From the NCBI RefSeq assembly GCF_009914755.1, contig NC_060929.1: a stretch of 64,000 nt of DNA, one strand, 5' to 3'. The notes beneath the pieces are model-generated. The model was not told where the DNA came from and did not search any database. It saw only the letters and a list, made by a program, of their open reading frames with translations. The translations under genes and the position numbers were made by a program. The DNA is from the human T2T-CHM13v2.0 reference genome, Homo sapiens. Shown one piece after another: positions 1 to 12,840 of the stretch; positions within the stretch are counted from its first letter, which is position 1; every line of letters starts with the position of its first letter.

Positions 1-1824
1 CTTGCAGCCTCAACCTGAATATTTTCTGCACCCACACTTAATCCCCACTCAATCCACTCATCTTAATTACCCCACAGACATTTACTTCTGACATAAAACA
101 CTGAAAAGAAAAAGCCCAACCACCTCTAAAATACACATTCCACAAACAAAAATAACAGAAGAGGGAACTCAAAGGAACTAGAAACCCCTTTTCTCATAAT
201 GATCAAAGCGTCAAAACACTGGAGGGTTGATTTTTACGTAAATGAAAGCCAAATAATGCAGTCATCCAAATAAGGAGATGATTATTGATGCCGATTTTTA
301 TACTGATGAAATTAAATGCTCAAATCAAGTAAATACACTCTTCACTTTATCCCTCCATTTGAATGGCCTTTGTTCTTGGTCAACACCTCTCACCTCTCAC
401 TTTAAAGTAAGTCTCTCCAGGACAGGGCAATTGAAAATTTTTACAAATAAGTCAAACTCCAAAAAATCTTAAAGATAAATAACATGATTTATTAGGAAAA
501 TGGAGAGAAAGCAAAATTTTATGGAATCCTTTTAAACATGTCTATTTTTTCTCCAAATGATCTGCCTCAGCAGCAGCATCTCTGTTCTTTCTTTCTAACC
601 ATGGTTTTTCTCCCCAGGAGCAACCCAACATTTCTCCTCATTTTTGCAAGTTGCTTATTTTTTTGTGCTTTACTGACGGTACTATACACATACAGTCAAT
701 GCTCTCAATTCCTTCTGCAGCTACAATATTTGCTCTTGTGGCATTTCTATACAAGGGATTCTTACGTCAGGTCAGAAAGGTTGTTCCCTTGTTAAGTCCA
801 TTGATAAAAAGAAAATGGTTAAGAGATCATTACTACTCAAACCTTATAGTGTTTTATAAGGTCAATCTTAGAGTTAGAATATTCTTGTACATAGATAAGC
901 ATTACCTAAGACATTGCATCAAGAGTGTCTACCTCCTCCTCTACTAGCAGTGTTGGCCTTGGGTGGAACTGTCCAGTAGGTAAAGTTTGTCCCCAGAAAT
1001 GCTGCCTAAAATGTGGTCCATAGACCAGCACCAGTCTCCTGTTATCTATCTCTTAATGTGGTAAGTACAGAAATTGGAGGTGAGAATTTAGATATTTTTA
1101 CAGCAATTCCATATTGCCTGATATTCTAGTGTATGCTCAGTGGACATATCTCACCGAACAGTGTTAGTAACCACCTTGATGTTGCCCAGCACAAATGATG
1201 AGTAACTTTTGGTGTGAACTGATACCAGTGTTGATCTACAGAAAGTTGGAGAAAAATAACTGGTCTTCACCAAAGATAGTTTAAAACATTCATCTAGGGC
1301 ATGTTCTCACCCTCTTTTCAGGGATCTTTCATCTTACATATTGCCCCAAGCTTCCTGGCCTCACAGAGTCTGTGTTCTGCTGAGAAACTACGCTAAGGAA
1401 TTAACACCCATAAACGTAAATCTATGTCATAAGTAGATGTTATAGGAACAAAGACACTTGATACAATGCGTTAGATGATGCTTACTTATGCACAAGGATC
1501 TTCTAACTCCATACAATTCTTAGACAACACTCTGTGAATGTATATAACAAATGTAAACCTACTGTCCCCACTCCCAGTCTCACCCCAACCATTCATAATT
1601 TAGCTATGCTTATTTACACAAAGCTCTGATAAATATGTCATGTCTAAGTAAAAGCTTCTCCCCTCCCAGGCACACCCACTAGCACCCCCAAACTGTAAAC
1701 ATATCACAGTTGCAGTATCAGTGCTTGAAACTGAGGGGGTTAATCTGAGAAAATAACTTAGATTAATCTCTGGAGGACACCTGGGAGTCTCCTACTCAGA
1801 TCAGACTCTGAGTGAGGACCATGA

Positions 1825-2180
1825 CTTGCATCAAAGAACAGCCAGCCACCTTGATCATGAACGTCACATCCAGTGCGCGCGCGCGTGCACACACACACAC
1901 ACACACACGCCCTTGCATCAAAGAACAGCCAGCCACCTTGATCATGAACGTCACATCCAGTGCACGCGCGCGCGCACACACACACACACACACGCCCTTG
2001 CATCAAAGAACAGCCAGCCACCTTGATCATAAACATCACATCCAGTGTGCACACACACAGACACACATACACACACGCGCACGCCCTTGCATCAAAGAAC
2101 AGCCAGCCATCTCGATCATGAACATCACACCCAGTGCGCGCGTGCGCGCGCACACACACACACACGCACACACAGGCACA
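1825..2180. repeat. Minisatellite/VNTR, 4 units of ~85-89 bp (~50-bp core plus (CG)n(CA)n tract)
   Basis: Core cttgcatcaaagaacagccagccaccttgatcatgaacgtcacatccagtg recurs; its ATCAAAG starts at 1830, 1917, 2002 and 2091; each core is followed by alternating purine-pyrimidine tracts. Confidence 0.95.
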
Positions 2181-2419
2181 CCATGCAGAAAAGCATGCAA
2201 AGAGACATACACAGACAACCATGTTCAGACTGTGGCAAATGTCTTTTGTTTGAAAAGCAATCTACAATGCCACAACCAGCAGACTCAGATTTGGCCTGGG
2301 TACTCAATAAAGACAGCAAAATTTCACAAGTTCATTTAGATATTGTCATTCTGGGTTAGAATAGGTATTAAAGTTTTTACCTAAATTGATACAAACATAA
2401 CCATCTTTAACCCAGAGGC

Positions 2420-2625
2420 TCTGTGAGAGGTGAACAAACTTTGGACTCATTCCAGTTCCATCACTTTGTAGTGTTTGATGTCCAGCTATTTGTTCAATTT
2501 TTCTGAGATTATTTTTTCATCTGTCAAGTGAGGATAACAATACATGCTTCATGGAGTTGTGGGGAGAATTAAATTGTGATAAAATGCTTAACAAGATGTC
2601 TAGCATGTAACACATCTATTCAATC
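2420..2625 (+). mobile_element. MIR SINE (old, diverged)
   Basis: MIR core-like ttttttcatctgtcaagtgaggataacaatac...ttgtggggagaattaaat. Confidence 0.7.
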
Positions 2626-2963
2626 AAAATCTCTCTATTCTTTATTCAGTTTTCTTATAAGATGTCTTTTCAGCCAAGACTTCTTTCTTTGAAAGGCCAT
2701 CTAAGACCTACCTATTCAGATGTGTCTATGACATGTATAACTGGTAAGTTCTTCATTTACAAATATCTGATATTTTCAGTGGGCAGAGTCAAACCACAGA
2801 CAAGCAAATGGGATGAGAAGAAAGAGGAAAGGACTCTCTGTGTTAAAACCACGGTGGGGAATGGCTGTCTGACCTTTTCCAGATTCTGATAAACTGCCCA
2901 GGGACTGAGCCTGCCAATATGTAGGAATTGGAAAGAGTCTGTTCAGTTTGGGACACATCTTAC

Positions 2964-3116
2964 CTTATCCTGTGTCTGGATCCTAGAAAGGAGCAGGTAT
3001 TTGAAAAGTTCTTCAGACAATACCGATGCATTGTCGCCTTTGACAACCACTGACCTGGATGAAGAGATAAAAACATGCAGAATTACTATAACTGACAGTA
3101 ATGATGCTACAACTAA
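2964..3116 (-). other. Candidate 153-nt exon of an unidentified minus-strand transcript
   Basis: Minus strand: (CT)n polypyrimidine tract ending ctcttgcag| at 3117, donor AAG|gtaaga at 2964/2963, open frame phase 0-0; no recognisable protein. Confidence 0.3.
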
Positions 3117-3767
3117 CTGCAAGAGGAGCACAGAGAAAAGAGAGAGAGAGAGAGAGAGGATTCCACTTAGGACAGCCACCAAAGTTTCTCGGAGGATGGG
3201 CTGAATTTTTGGAGGTGATCAACACAAAAAGATAAACCCAGGGAAGAAGCTCAGACTCACTGAATTTGCCAGGAAAAAAACAAAAAACACAGCCTAGCTA
3301 GAAATGAGGCCTCAGAGTTTAGAATATTATTGGTTTATTTGTTTTGCATTGATTTAAGTTTCAAAGATACTAAGAAGACATTAGAAAAGTATTGGCCTCA
3401 GGCAAAATGTAAGATACTTTCCTAGACACCTGGCTAAAAGAAGGATCATTTCCACTTACAGCTCTTCATAGGATAACTTTGAGTTTTAACGGTTTCTTTG
3501 TTGACTATTGAAAAAGATGAATATTCTTTAATGCGATTATATGCAGGAATTATGCTCTTCCAGAAAAATAATAAATTAACTTAAAAACAAAATTCAGAAA
3601 TTCTCCATTGGAATGAAAATAGGTGTACATAGGGAACTTCCAACTCACGTAAACATTTCACACTCTAATAAGTTCCATTTTGCAAGAGGAAAGATTGCAA
3701 TGGAGCTCACACTTCCCCAAATGCATTTTGGTTAGGGCCACAGCTTCATACTGATTGTAGTGCTTTT

Positions 3768-4058
3768 CTTTTTGCTTTTTTTTTTTTTTAAGGCATATTC
3801 TCCCTCTATCATCAAAGCTGGAGTACAGTGGCGTGATCTGGGCTCAGTGCAACCTCTGCCTCCCAGCCTCAAGCAATCCTCCCACCTCAGCCTCCCAGGT
3901 AGCTAGGAGTTCAGCTCAGCTAATTTTTTTAGTTTTTTTGTAGAGACAGGGTTTCGCCATGTCACCCAGGCTGGTCTCGAACTCCTCAGCTCAAGTGATC
4001 CACCCACTTCGGCCTCCCAAAGTGTTGGGATTACAGGCATGAGCCACTGCACCCAGCC
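3768..4058 (-). mobile_element. Alu (AluJ-like)
   Basis: Reverse-complement Alu dimer with T tail; TSD tgtagtgctttt (3756-3767) / tgcagtgctttt (4059-4070). Confidence 0.95.
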
Positions 4059-4653
4059 TGCAGTGCTTTTAAATAAGCAAAGAAGTTATTGAAAGGACAA
4101 AGAGTTAAGTGCTTTACTGGCTTTATATATATAAACAATGTGGGGTGTTTTAAATTTAGGCTGAATAATACGTAAATAAACACTTAAATCCCTCATCTAG
4201 ATTGTCTTTGTTCTTAGTAATTATATATATTTTGTACAGTATCTATGCAGTTTCTTTTATCATAAACTACACAATTCATCAGGTTTCACAGCCCTCTCCC
4301 ACCTATTTGAATTAATATTACCACTCTTATGATCAAATATTTAAGCCCTTAGAGTACAGGATACACACGGACATGATGTCGGCAGCACTGTCGAGAGACA
4401 ATGTGACAGAGGAAACACAGAAATGCGGAAAAACGGAAAATTCATGAAAAGATACACTTCAAGAGTTTACCTCCTGTGAATGGCTATAATCAAATAGATA
4501 GATATTAACAAATGCAGGTGAGGATATAAGGAAATTGAAACCCTCCTACGTGGCTGGTAAAATGGTACAGCTAACTTGAAAACTTTTTGTCAGTTCCTCA
4601 AAAGGCTGAACATAGAGTAACCATGTGACAAAGCACTTCCCTTTGTAGCTGCA

Positions 4654-5056
4654 TGGCATGGGCTGAACTGTGCATCCTCTGAAACTCATATGTTGAAGTG
4701 CTAACCCCTAGTACCTTCAGAATGTCATCCTTTTTGGAGATAAGATCTCTAAAGAGGTAATAAAGTTAAAATGAGGTCTTTAGGGTGGGCCATAATGCAA
4801 TATGACTGATATCTGTAGAAGAAGAGATCAGGACACACAGACACCAGGGATGTGCAGGCACAGAGGAAAGGCCATGTGAGGATGCCACAAGAAGGTGGCC
4901 ATCTACAAGCCAGGGAGAGAGGCCTCAGGAGAAACTAACCCTGCTGACACCTTGATCTTGGACTTCCAGCTTCCAGAATTGAGAGAGAATATATTTGTGG
5001 TGTTTAAGCCACCCAGTCTAGGGTATTGGTTATGGCAGCCTTCACAAACTAATACA
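4654..5056 (+). mobile_element. MaLR solo LTR (MLT1B-like)
   Basis: tgggctgaactgtg...catatgttgaagtgctaacccc...ttatggcagcc...aaactaataca terminus. Confidence 0.85.
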
Positions 5057-5465
5057 GTATATATGCAAGATAAATAAAAACATATGTCCACACAAAAAGT
5101 TCTAAATGAATGTTCATAACAGCATTATTCGTAATAGCCAAAAATAGAAACAACCCAATTACCTATCAACTGATAAATGGATAAACTATATATGGTATAT
5201 CTATACAATGGAATATTAGCTACAAAAATTAATGTCCAGAATAGCCAAATCCATAAAAACAGAACCCATAGGTTACTGGTTGCCACGGGCCAGAGTAAGA
5301 GGAATAGAGAGTGACTGCTAATGGGTATCATGGCTTATTTGGGGGATGATCAAAATATTCTAGAATTAGTAATAATAGTTACAGAACCTTGTGATACATT
5401 TTTTCCAAGTATAACACGTACACTTTAAGGTATGCCACAACATGTACATTTTAAAGGGTAAACTT

Positions 5466-5767
5466 CATGTTGGCCAGCCTGGTCATGAACTCCTGACCTC
5501 AAGTGATACGCCCTCCTCGGCCTCCCAAAGTGCTGGGATTACAGGTGTGAGCCACCACACGTGATGAAAACCCATCTCTACTAAAGACACAAAAATTAGC
5601 CAGGCATGGTGGCGTGCGCCTGTAATCACATCTACTCAGGAGGCTGAGGCAGGAGAATCACATGAACCCAGGAGGCGGAGGTTTCAGTGAGCCGAGATCG
5701 CACCACTGCACTCCAGCCTGAATGACAGAGTGAGACTCTTAAAAAACAAAACAACAACAACAACAAA
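5466..5767 (+). mobile_element. AluS-like element with inverted 5' ~100 nt
   Basis: 5466-~5562 is the reverse complement of Alu nt ~6-101; ~5564-5740 is sense Alu from nt ~102 to the end; A/(CAA)n tail. Confidence 0.9.
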
Positions 5768-8700
5768 CCTTTATGGTATATGAAATATATCTCAATAAAC
5801 TTATAATAAAAAAGAGAAGAGACCAGTCCTGTCTTCTTAAAACTTGATGCAGAAAGAAAGCTCTTTCAAAAGAAATCTTGACGCAGAAAGAAATGTCTTT
5901 CAAAAGAAAGAGCTAAAGAAAAAAAAAAAAACATTTGAAAGTGAAATGCAAAATTATAATAAATGAGAATATGGCTTTTTACTTTATAAAGCCCTACTTT
6001 AAAAATTTTCTTCTTTATGCTTTAACAAAATCCCAAAAGTAAATGGCAACAAGAACAAATGCTAAATGTACTAAAATAAAGCAAAAAAACAAAAACAACT
6101 TCACCTCCTGTGAGACTCTGATACTGAATAATTAAATGAATTGAGGGAACTGAGGAAATGGATATTTGGGGTAAAAGAAAAAGCTATGAAAGCTAAGGGA
6201 GTATCAGTCAATTATTAGAAGAAATGACAGGATGCTTAACTGGGCTTGCCCTTAACATTACAACACAAATCGGGCATTTGCTTTTACCAAACTGGGGACA
6301 TCTGCAAAGGCAGTGACTTTGAAGTCATCTGTGAGAGGTTAGCATAGCCGCTAGACGTTGTGACTTTGTCCTTAAGGCACCCAGACAAAATCGACTTGTG
6401 AACTCTTTGTAGACCCTGAGTGACAGATAGTTCCCAGTCCCTAACCTAGAGAGATCCTTGGCAGAAAACCATCAGTCTCCGTGGTATTCCCACTACCTTG
6501 GATCCAGCCAGGGGTCCCAGCTCCCTTCACGTTCTCTCCTGTGCCACAGCTGCCCCAAGTAAGAAGGCCATATTCGGTCTCTTAGTGTGCCTTCTCCAAA
6601 TTTGACTGCTCTGAATGCCTTCCTTCAAGGCCAACCAGGTCAATTTCCTACCCATTTAGACAACTCTTTTCTAAATGAGGGATGCCTCTTTGGATCACCA
6701 CTGATTTTCAGGGTCAGTGCTGTCATCTTTGCTTTAGCCACCATCTAACTGAGCCACTCTAAGGAGGCACATGGCATCGCCTTAACTGGGCTGGGTCAGA
6801 GCCACTCTCTTCAGTGTTAGCATCACACTCTGGTCCACCAGCTATATTGATATTTCTAGTTCCTGGTCGCCTCTGCCCCAACCCACACCATCCCTTTCAA
6901 GGACAATCAGTTTCCCCTGCCTGTGCACATACCTCTTTACCTGGGCCACCCCTCTTACTAGATGATAATTTCCTGCTTCTTCCTGGACTTATGAATGAAT
7001 GGACTTGTCTCCACTTCCTTTCAGGTCTCAAAAACATTTCTTCCTAATCAGTGATGATGTGTTTGCAAACAGTGAGAAATCTGAAATTGTTTCATAAATC
7101 TACACATGGTATTTTTTATCTTCCCAAGATAAATATTTTGTTCTTTACTAAAGACCAATAAAAATTAAATGTATATATCAGGCATCAATGCAAGGTAAAT
7201 ATCATACACAAAGTTTTTAAGAAGTTCACAGGGTATATTTTATGCAGCATATGGTTAAATTGCATCTGTCTTCTTTTTTACTGTGTTATTGATTTCTATT
7301 ATAAGATGCCAAGGGGTGTTTATGTGATAAGTTGCCCTGTAAATGGCTTTGTACTCAGACAATGAAATGAGAAATGTTCATCTATAACTGTAGTCCAGAT
7401 GCTTCCTTGAAAAGGTTGCATTTAATGCTGTCAGAAACTTTGTTTTGGAAACGAAACAAAAAAAAACCCAGCTTCCATTTAATTGACATACTTTGTGTTA
7501 TGAAACCAGTGTCACCCAAACTTTTAAGCTGAGTGAAAGAAAATGTGATTCTTAGAGGGGAAAAAGCTCTAAGGGAAAATTCCAAAATTAAAATGTTTAA
7601 ACTTCTATATCCTTTTGTAATCAATGGGTGAGATTAAACTCAGTGTTAATACTGTGTAATTTACAGCTGCCAATAAAGATTCTATTTCTAATGCCCAGAC
7701 CCTATGATGGCCAGATTTAAATTATTTTTTGCTTAATTATTTGGCAGATCTGTTTTTAGAGTTCAGAATTGGATGGGTTGCTTAAGCTGGATGTGCACTG
7801 AAAAGATCAAGAAGACTCTAGACCCAGAGCATCCCATAACTTTTAAGATACCCTTCCTCCCACAAAAACAATGATCTCACCATGAAGGACAGAATAGAGA
7901 AACTTGCTTGTCATAAAAAGCTTGCTTTCATCTGTGAAAATAACCTAAAGCAGCGAACCATATAGTTACTTGGCTGCTATTTCACTTAAAAATATGTGAA
8001 ACTCTATTCTTGTTTCCTCTTTTCATGGTCCAGCACACTGAAAGAAGTCTATGCCATGCCTTTGAGGTGCAATGATGAAAAACATTATCCGAACGATTGT
8101 CAGAAACATACCAAGTCCTTATTTCTCTCCTAAAATTGCCAACCTTTGTACCGTAGAGAGCTAGATTTCGAACTGACGAAGAAAGGAAAACACTGTAGAT
8201 CTCTTCATAATCAGACAAGAGAAGAAGGAAGGTGTGACTTCATAAGAGGTGGAGTCATTCTCATAAAAGTAATATGACTTGTGAGGCATAATAATAAAAG
8301 TTATATAGTACTTTATATACATAGAGTGCCTTATGTACATTCACTAGTGCATTATTACTTTAATAGGATGAAAATAATGTAAATGAATATACTGAGTGAG
8401 CCAGCGGCCAATTTGTGAGAGCATTTTCAACCCCCACACACAGACACATATGCACAGACAAGCTTTAAGGATAGTCACAATAAAACCTAGTTAAAAGTTT
8501 ATAAATGCAGATGAAGGTCCCTCAAAAGAATCTGCACAGGTACACTGCTTATAAAGACTTTCAAATTTGGTAAGACTTCAATTCATCCAGTGAATCTCTC
8601 ATGTTACACATTAAAAAACTGAAGTTTCCACAGATTAAGTAGCTTATCCTTAATTTCCAAATTAGTTAATTGCAGAGGCAGTTCAAAAAAATGGTATTTC

Positions 8701-8984
8701 ATGATATTTGAAAGAGAACTAAGATTGCATTTCTTCAGCTATAAACTAGAAAAAACTAAGCTATAAAAATGTTATCTATGTGTGTAAATATTAGATTGGT
8801 GTGAAAGTGATCAGTTTTTCCCATGACTTTGAATGGGAAAAACAGCAATCACTTTTGCACCAACCTAATCCATGGGTTAATATGCACATTTATATCCCCT
8901 CACTTTGTCACCTACTAAGACCTAAAGGCAATGACGTCCTAGTAGCAGTTAGCATGCTAGCACTCAGATGTCAGTGTGTAATAC

Positions 8985-9560
8985 CTTTCTCCAATTAAAG
9001 CAGTAGCCACTTGGAGAAAAGGCTGATTCTAGGAGTGGGGAAGGGAATCTAGGAGATGAGCCTGGAGCATCATGTAGGGCCAGAAAGCAAGGAAGTACTA
9101 AAAACAATGCCACATTAATGGGGTATGTCAAAGGGACACGGGAGATAACAGAAAGAACACCCAATGGCAAAGCTGACATTAGAGCAAAAATAATTAGAAT
9201 TATATTCGAGCCAAAAAAATAGCATAGTATTCCATTATAAAACATATACAATAAATATTCATGAGTCCATACAGACATGAATAAGTGATCAAATAATAAA
9301 TACTGGGGAAGAATAGCTCTCCCATGCAGAATTCTAAATAATTTATGTAGACACTCCAAGGAAGTAGAGCATGTCAATAAATCCCCACTCTAGATGTGTG
9401 AGCAGTGCAAAGTGACTGCCATTCAAAGAGTACAGTATGGAAAGGAATACAAAGAATAACTTTGGTGTGGAAAAACCTGACAAACTATCTCAGCCAGGTG
9501 ATCTAGGTTTTCATCATCAGTGATAAGTCATTTGGCAATATGCATTTTTGATAGGCTGTG
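8985..9560 (+). mobile_element. Old L1 (L1MC/MD-like) 3' region fragment
   Basis: ggagaaaaggctgattctagg...gagcctggagcatc...gccagaaagcaaggaagt resembles L1MC/MD 3' ends. Confidence 0.6.
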
Positions 9561-11579
9561 ATAAGAAGTAACCCCATAAGACTATCAAGGTTAGACAGGC
9601 CAAAAAAATGCTATGTAGTTCCACCTTGTTTGTTTAGGATACTTGCTGATGGAATTTAACTACCATGCTGTGACAAAGTTCAAACATGACCACAGGAAAA
9701 GACCATATAAAGAGGCCATGTTTATATCATTTCCTCTCTATTAGTGGAGGCAGTGTGAAGTTCTATCCAGGTTGTGGGGAGGGAAATAGTCCCTAGCATT
9801 TAGTGAGAGAAGGGTTAAGGTCACATTGTAAGAAATGAGAAATGAGTGTGGGATGGGAGACATCATTGCAACCATTTTTGGAAATTACAACATGCCACAG
9901 GTGGCAACTAGAAAGAGAAGTGGAGTTAAGAGTCATGTTTGCTTGCCCTAAATAAGAGTGAAATAAGCAAGCTTGGGACATATTCTATTTAAATGAAAAA
10001 TGTGAATACACAAGATAAAAATAAGTCAGTAAAGTTCCTGCAAAGGTGGGAGGAGTTGTGATCTGAAGTGGAGCTGGAAGAGATTAGCCTAGGATAGCTC
10101 ATTTATTGTAACAGGAGTGGGAATACAGAATACTGATGCTGATTGGTGGATACTGGGAGGTTAATCATCTTCAACCTTTTAGTTTTTTCATAATGTACCA
10201 GAAAAAGTCAGAAACCAAGTCTAAGTGAATGAGAAGAGGGCACAGGGCAGTTTGGAGACAGAAGCTAATGTTTGAAAGAGGCATGTGAGAAAGTGATCAG
10301 GGTTGAGAACACAGTGGAGGTTGTGGCTTATGAATTCAGAGAAAACCACATCTTTCCTGATCTAAGATTTTCTCCAGAAGTACTCTGGTACATGGATGCA
10401 GAAGTAAAAACATGAATCATTTTCTCTGTGGTTAGCTTTTTGCTAGCTAGACAAAATTAGAAATCAGAGAAGAGTGTTAACAGCACTGACAAGAATGTTG
10501 TTGAAATACTGGCCAATGACATCTAAGAAAGATGACTCTGGAACATGAATAAATTAAAAGAAAGCCAAAGACCCAATGGACCCATGTTGTCAAAGTTGGT
10601 AAGTGGTCAAAATGGGAGTAGCTGAACAAAGTGGAAAGAACAGCAGTTATGATCAGAGAATGGGACGCTCCGACAGTTTCAAAGGTGCAGAAGTTATGAG
10701 GTCCAGGGAATGGAATTAGGGGATGGACAGGGAATGGCTCAGGTGCAGGGAGATGAACTCCCCATAAATGAGGAGGTCAAGAAACTGAAAGGCTAGGGCA
10801 TTGGATGGCGATCAGAGACTCAAGCTTGATGGCAGGCCTTGAGGTTAAAGGATTTGTTGGATAATGGACACTGATGAAGGCATTAAGTGATGCATGACAG
10901 AGTCAGGGAAGGAGTGGTCTGGCACAAAGGCAAGGCTTCAAGAAGCACACAAACAAGCCTGGAACTATGCCGATGATAGTCCTGAAAAGCCTGAAAGTAT
11001 AACACATACTTTGGAGATAAAATGGAGCTACTCTCCCAAACTAAAAACAATCTTTAAGCATTCTGTTTACTGCCAAAAAGTAGGTTGGGAATATTATTCC
11101 AACAACAACAAGAAAAAAAGTATTTTAAATCACAGCATGAGTTTCTAAGACTTTAGGGGGCAGATTTATAGTCACATAATCATTCAATATGATTTTGGCA
11201 GATTTTGGAAAGTATAGAGGATTTTCGTGAATTAAAGTTAAAATTCTACTGAAATGTACTAATTGGAAAAAATTTAGAAAGGTTAAAAAATCTGAAGATA
11301 ATATTCCACAAGAAAAATAATATTAAACAAAGAAAAACATCCAAAGTTAATGTTTCACATATGATTAATTTTTCTAGGTTTGTTTTGGAAATGTAAAGGC
11401 ATAATAGAAAAAGATTTTGAAATCTAGTATATAGTCCTTATTCCATTATTAAATAAGCGACTTTGGCAAAGTTATTTTTATGCCTTAGCTCTGTTTCCTC
11501 ATCTTTTAATCAGAAGATAGATGTTCAATCTCCCTACATTATCATTATAATTTTCCAGAACACTACTAATTAATAAATT

Positions 11580-11870
11580 AGTTAATTCAATAGACACTTA
11601 TTGAGTCTTTTTGGCAATTAAAATACAACAGTGAATAAAAACAGACAAACTCCTTATGGATTTTTTAATACTGTAATTAGTGGACACATAAATAAGTGTA
11701 ATATGTAAGCAAACATGATTTGCTTATACATTATGTTAGCTGGTGATAAAGTGATGTTGTAAGAAAAAAATTGAGGAAGTTCGAAGTGGTAAGGAAGGTG
11801 GAGATAGGACAAGGGGTTGCAATTTAAATTTGCCCAGTCAGAAGAGAAAGTCACATTTGAAAAAGACACA
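11580..11870 (-). mobile_element. L2 LINE fragment
   Basis: attcaatagacacttattgag...acaacagtgaataaaaacagacaaa...gagaaagtcacatttga, typical reverse L2 3' end. Confidence 0.6.
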
Positions 11871-12309
11871 GAACTAATGTTTAGTTAGACTGGCTACAAA
11901 AAAATCAGAACCTGAAAGAACAACATTTTCCTCTTTTAGATGCTTTGAAAAAAAATCAAATGCAAGATAACTGATGAGTAGAATGAAAGCAAAGGAGTTC
12001 CCAGCACAACCTTCTGCCCCACATTTCTTTCTATGCTCTGTCCATTGCATGAGAGGAGGTGGAGTGGCTCTGCTCTGCAAATGAAGACCTTATCTAAACA
12101 CCAGAACCAGATACATAGAAAACCAGGGACCTTATACCGCTTTGGCCTATTCCCTCAGATTCTCCATTGCATGCCCTTAGGACATAAACACCAAGAAAAA
12201 CTAGTCCAAGGAGTCTCAAAGGTAAAGTAAAACAAAAACATGAAAACTTAGAAAATAGACATGGAGAGTAGAAACTAAGATACAAGATGGAGGAATCAAA
12301 TTACCTCTT

Positions 12310-12840
12310 AGTTTATTATTGTGTTTTCCCCTAAAAAAAATATCAGCTTCAAACAACAAATCTTCACTACCTCACCTGTGGAACACAGGTGAGACTGGGC
12401 CACTGCCTGTGGCTCAGGGACTCTCACGGCTGCAATCAAGGAAGGTATCAATGAGGACTGCAGTCACCTCCAGGATCTGCCAGGGGAGGATCCTCTTCTA
12501 AGCTCATGCACTTGGCCATCACCAGGCCTCAGGTCCTCACTGGCTAGTGACCAAAGACATGAGATTTTTTTGCCACCTGGGACTCTCCATCCGTTACTCA
12601 TGACACAGCAGCTTGTTTCTCCCAGAGTAAGTGCTCTCTCTGGGAGAGTGAGAAAGGGCGAAAGGGCTCTCAAGACAGAAGCTACTTTTTTGTGTGTAAA
12701 TTAATCACAGAAATGATTTTCCATCACTCCTGCTGTAGCCTCTTCATCAGTAAGTGCAGACTGCTCTCAAACGGAGGGGATTACATAAGGTTGTAAATCC
12801 CAGGTGTCTGGGATCATTGGGAATCATCTTCCAGTCTGCT
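12310..12840 (-). mobile_element. Old MaLR LTR (MLT1E/F-like)
   Basis: ggctcagggactctcacggctgcaatcaag...ggaggatcctcttctaagctca...ggggattacataagg. Confidence 0.6.

Larger units (their letters stand above)
4450..5805 (+). mobile_element. Old L1M (L1MB/MC-like) 3' fragment, interrupted by MLT1 and Alu
   Basis: L1M 3'-end phrases such as ttcctcaaaaggctgaacatagagtaaccatgtgac, cagcattattcgtaatagccaaaa and ttatggtatatgaaatatatctcaataaa. Confidence 0.75.

Noticed and set aside
1825-2180. CRISPR-like repeat-spacer appearance of the VNTR
   Set aside because: Primate DNA; the spacers are homologous dinucleotide tracts rather than unique sequences; no cas genes
1758-2359. Overlapping 100-175 aa ORFs (CVCV/HTHT-rich) on both strands
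   Set aside because: Stop-free by-product of the (CA)n/(CG)n VNTR; no protein-like composition
7982-8218. 78-aa minus-strand ORF with some CpGs and weak splice-like sites
   Set aside because: No recognisable homology; splice signals unremarkable
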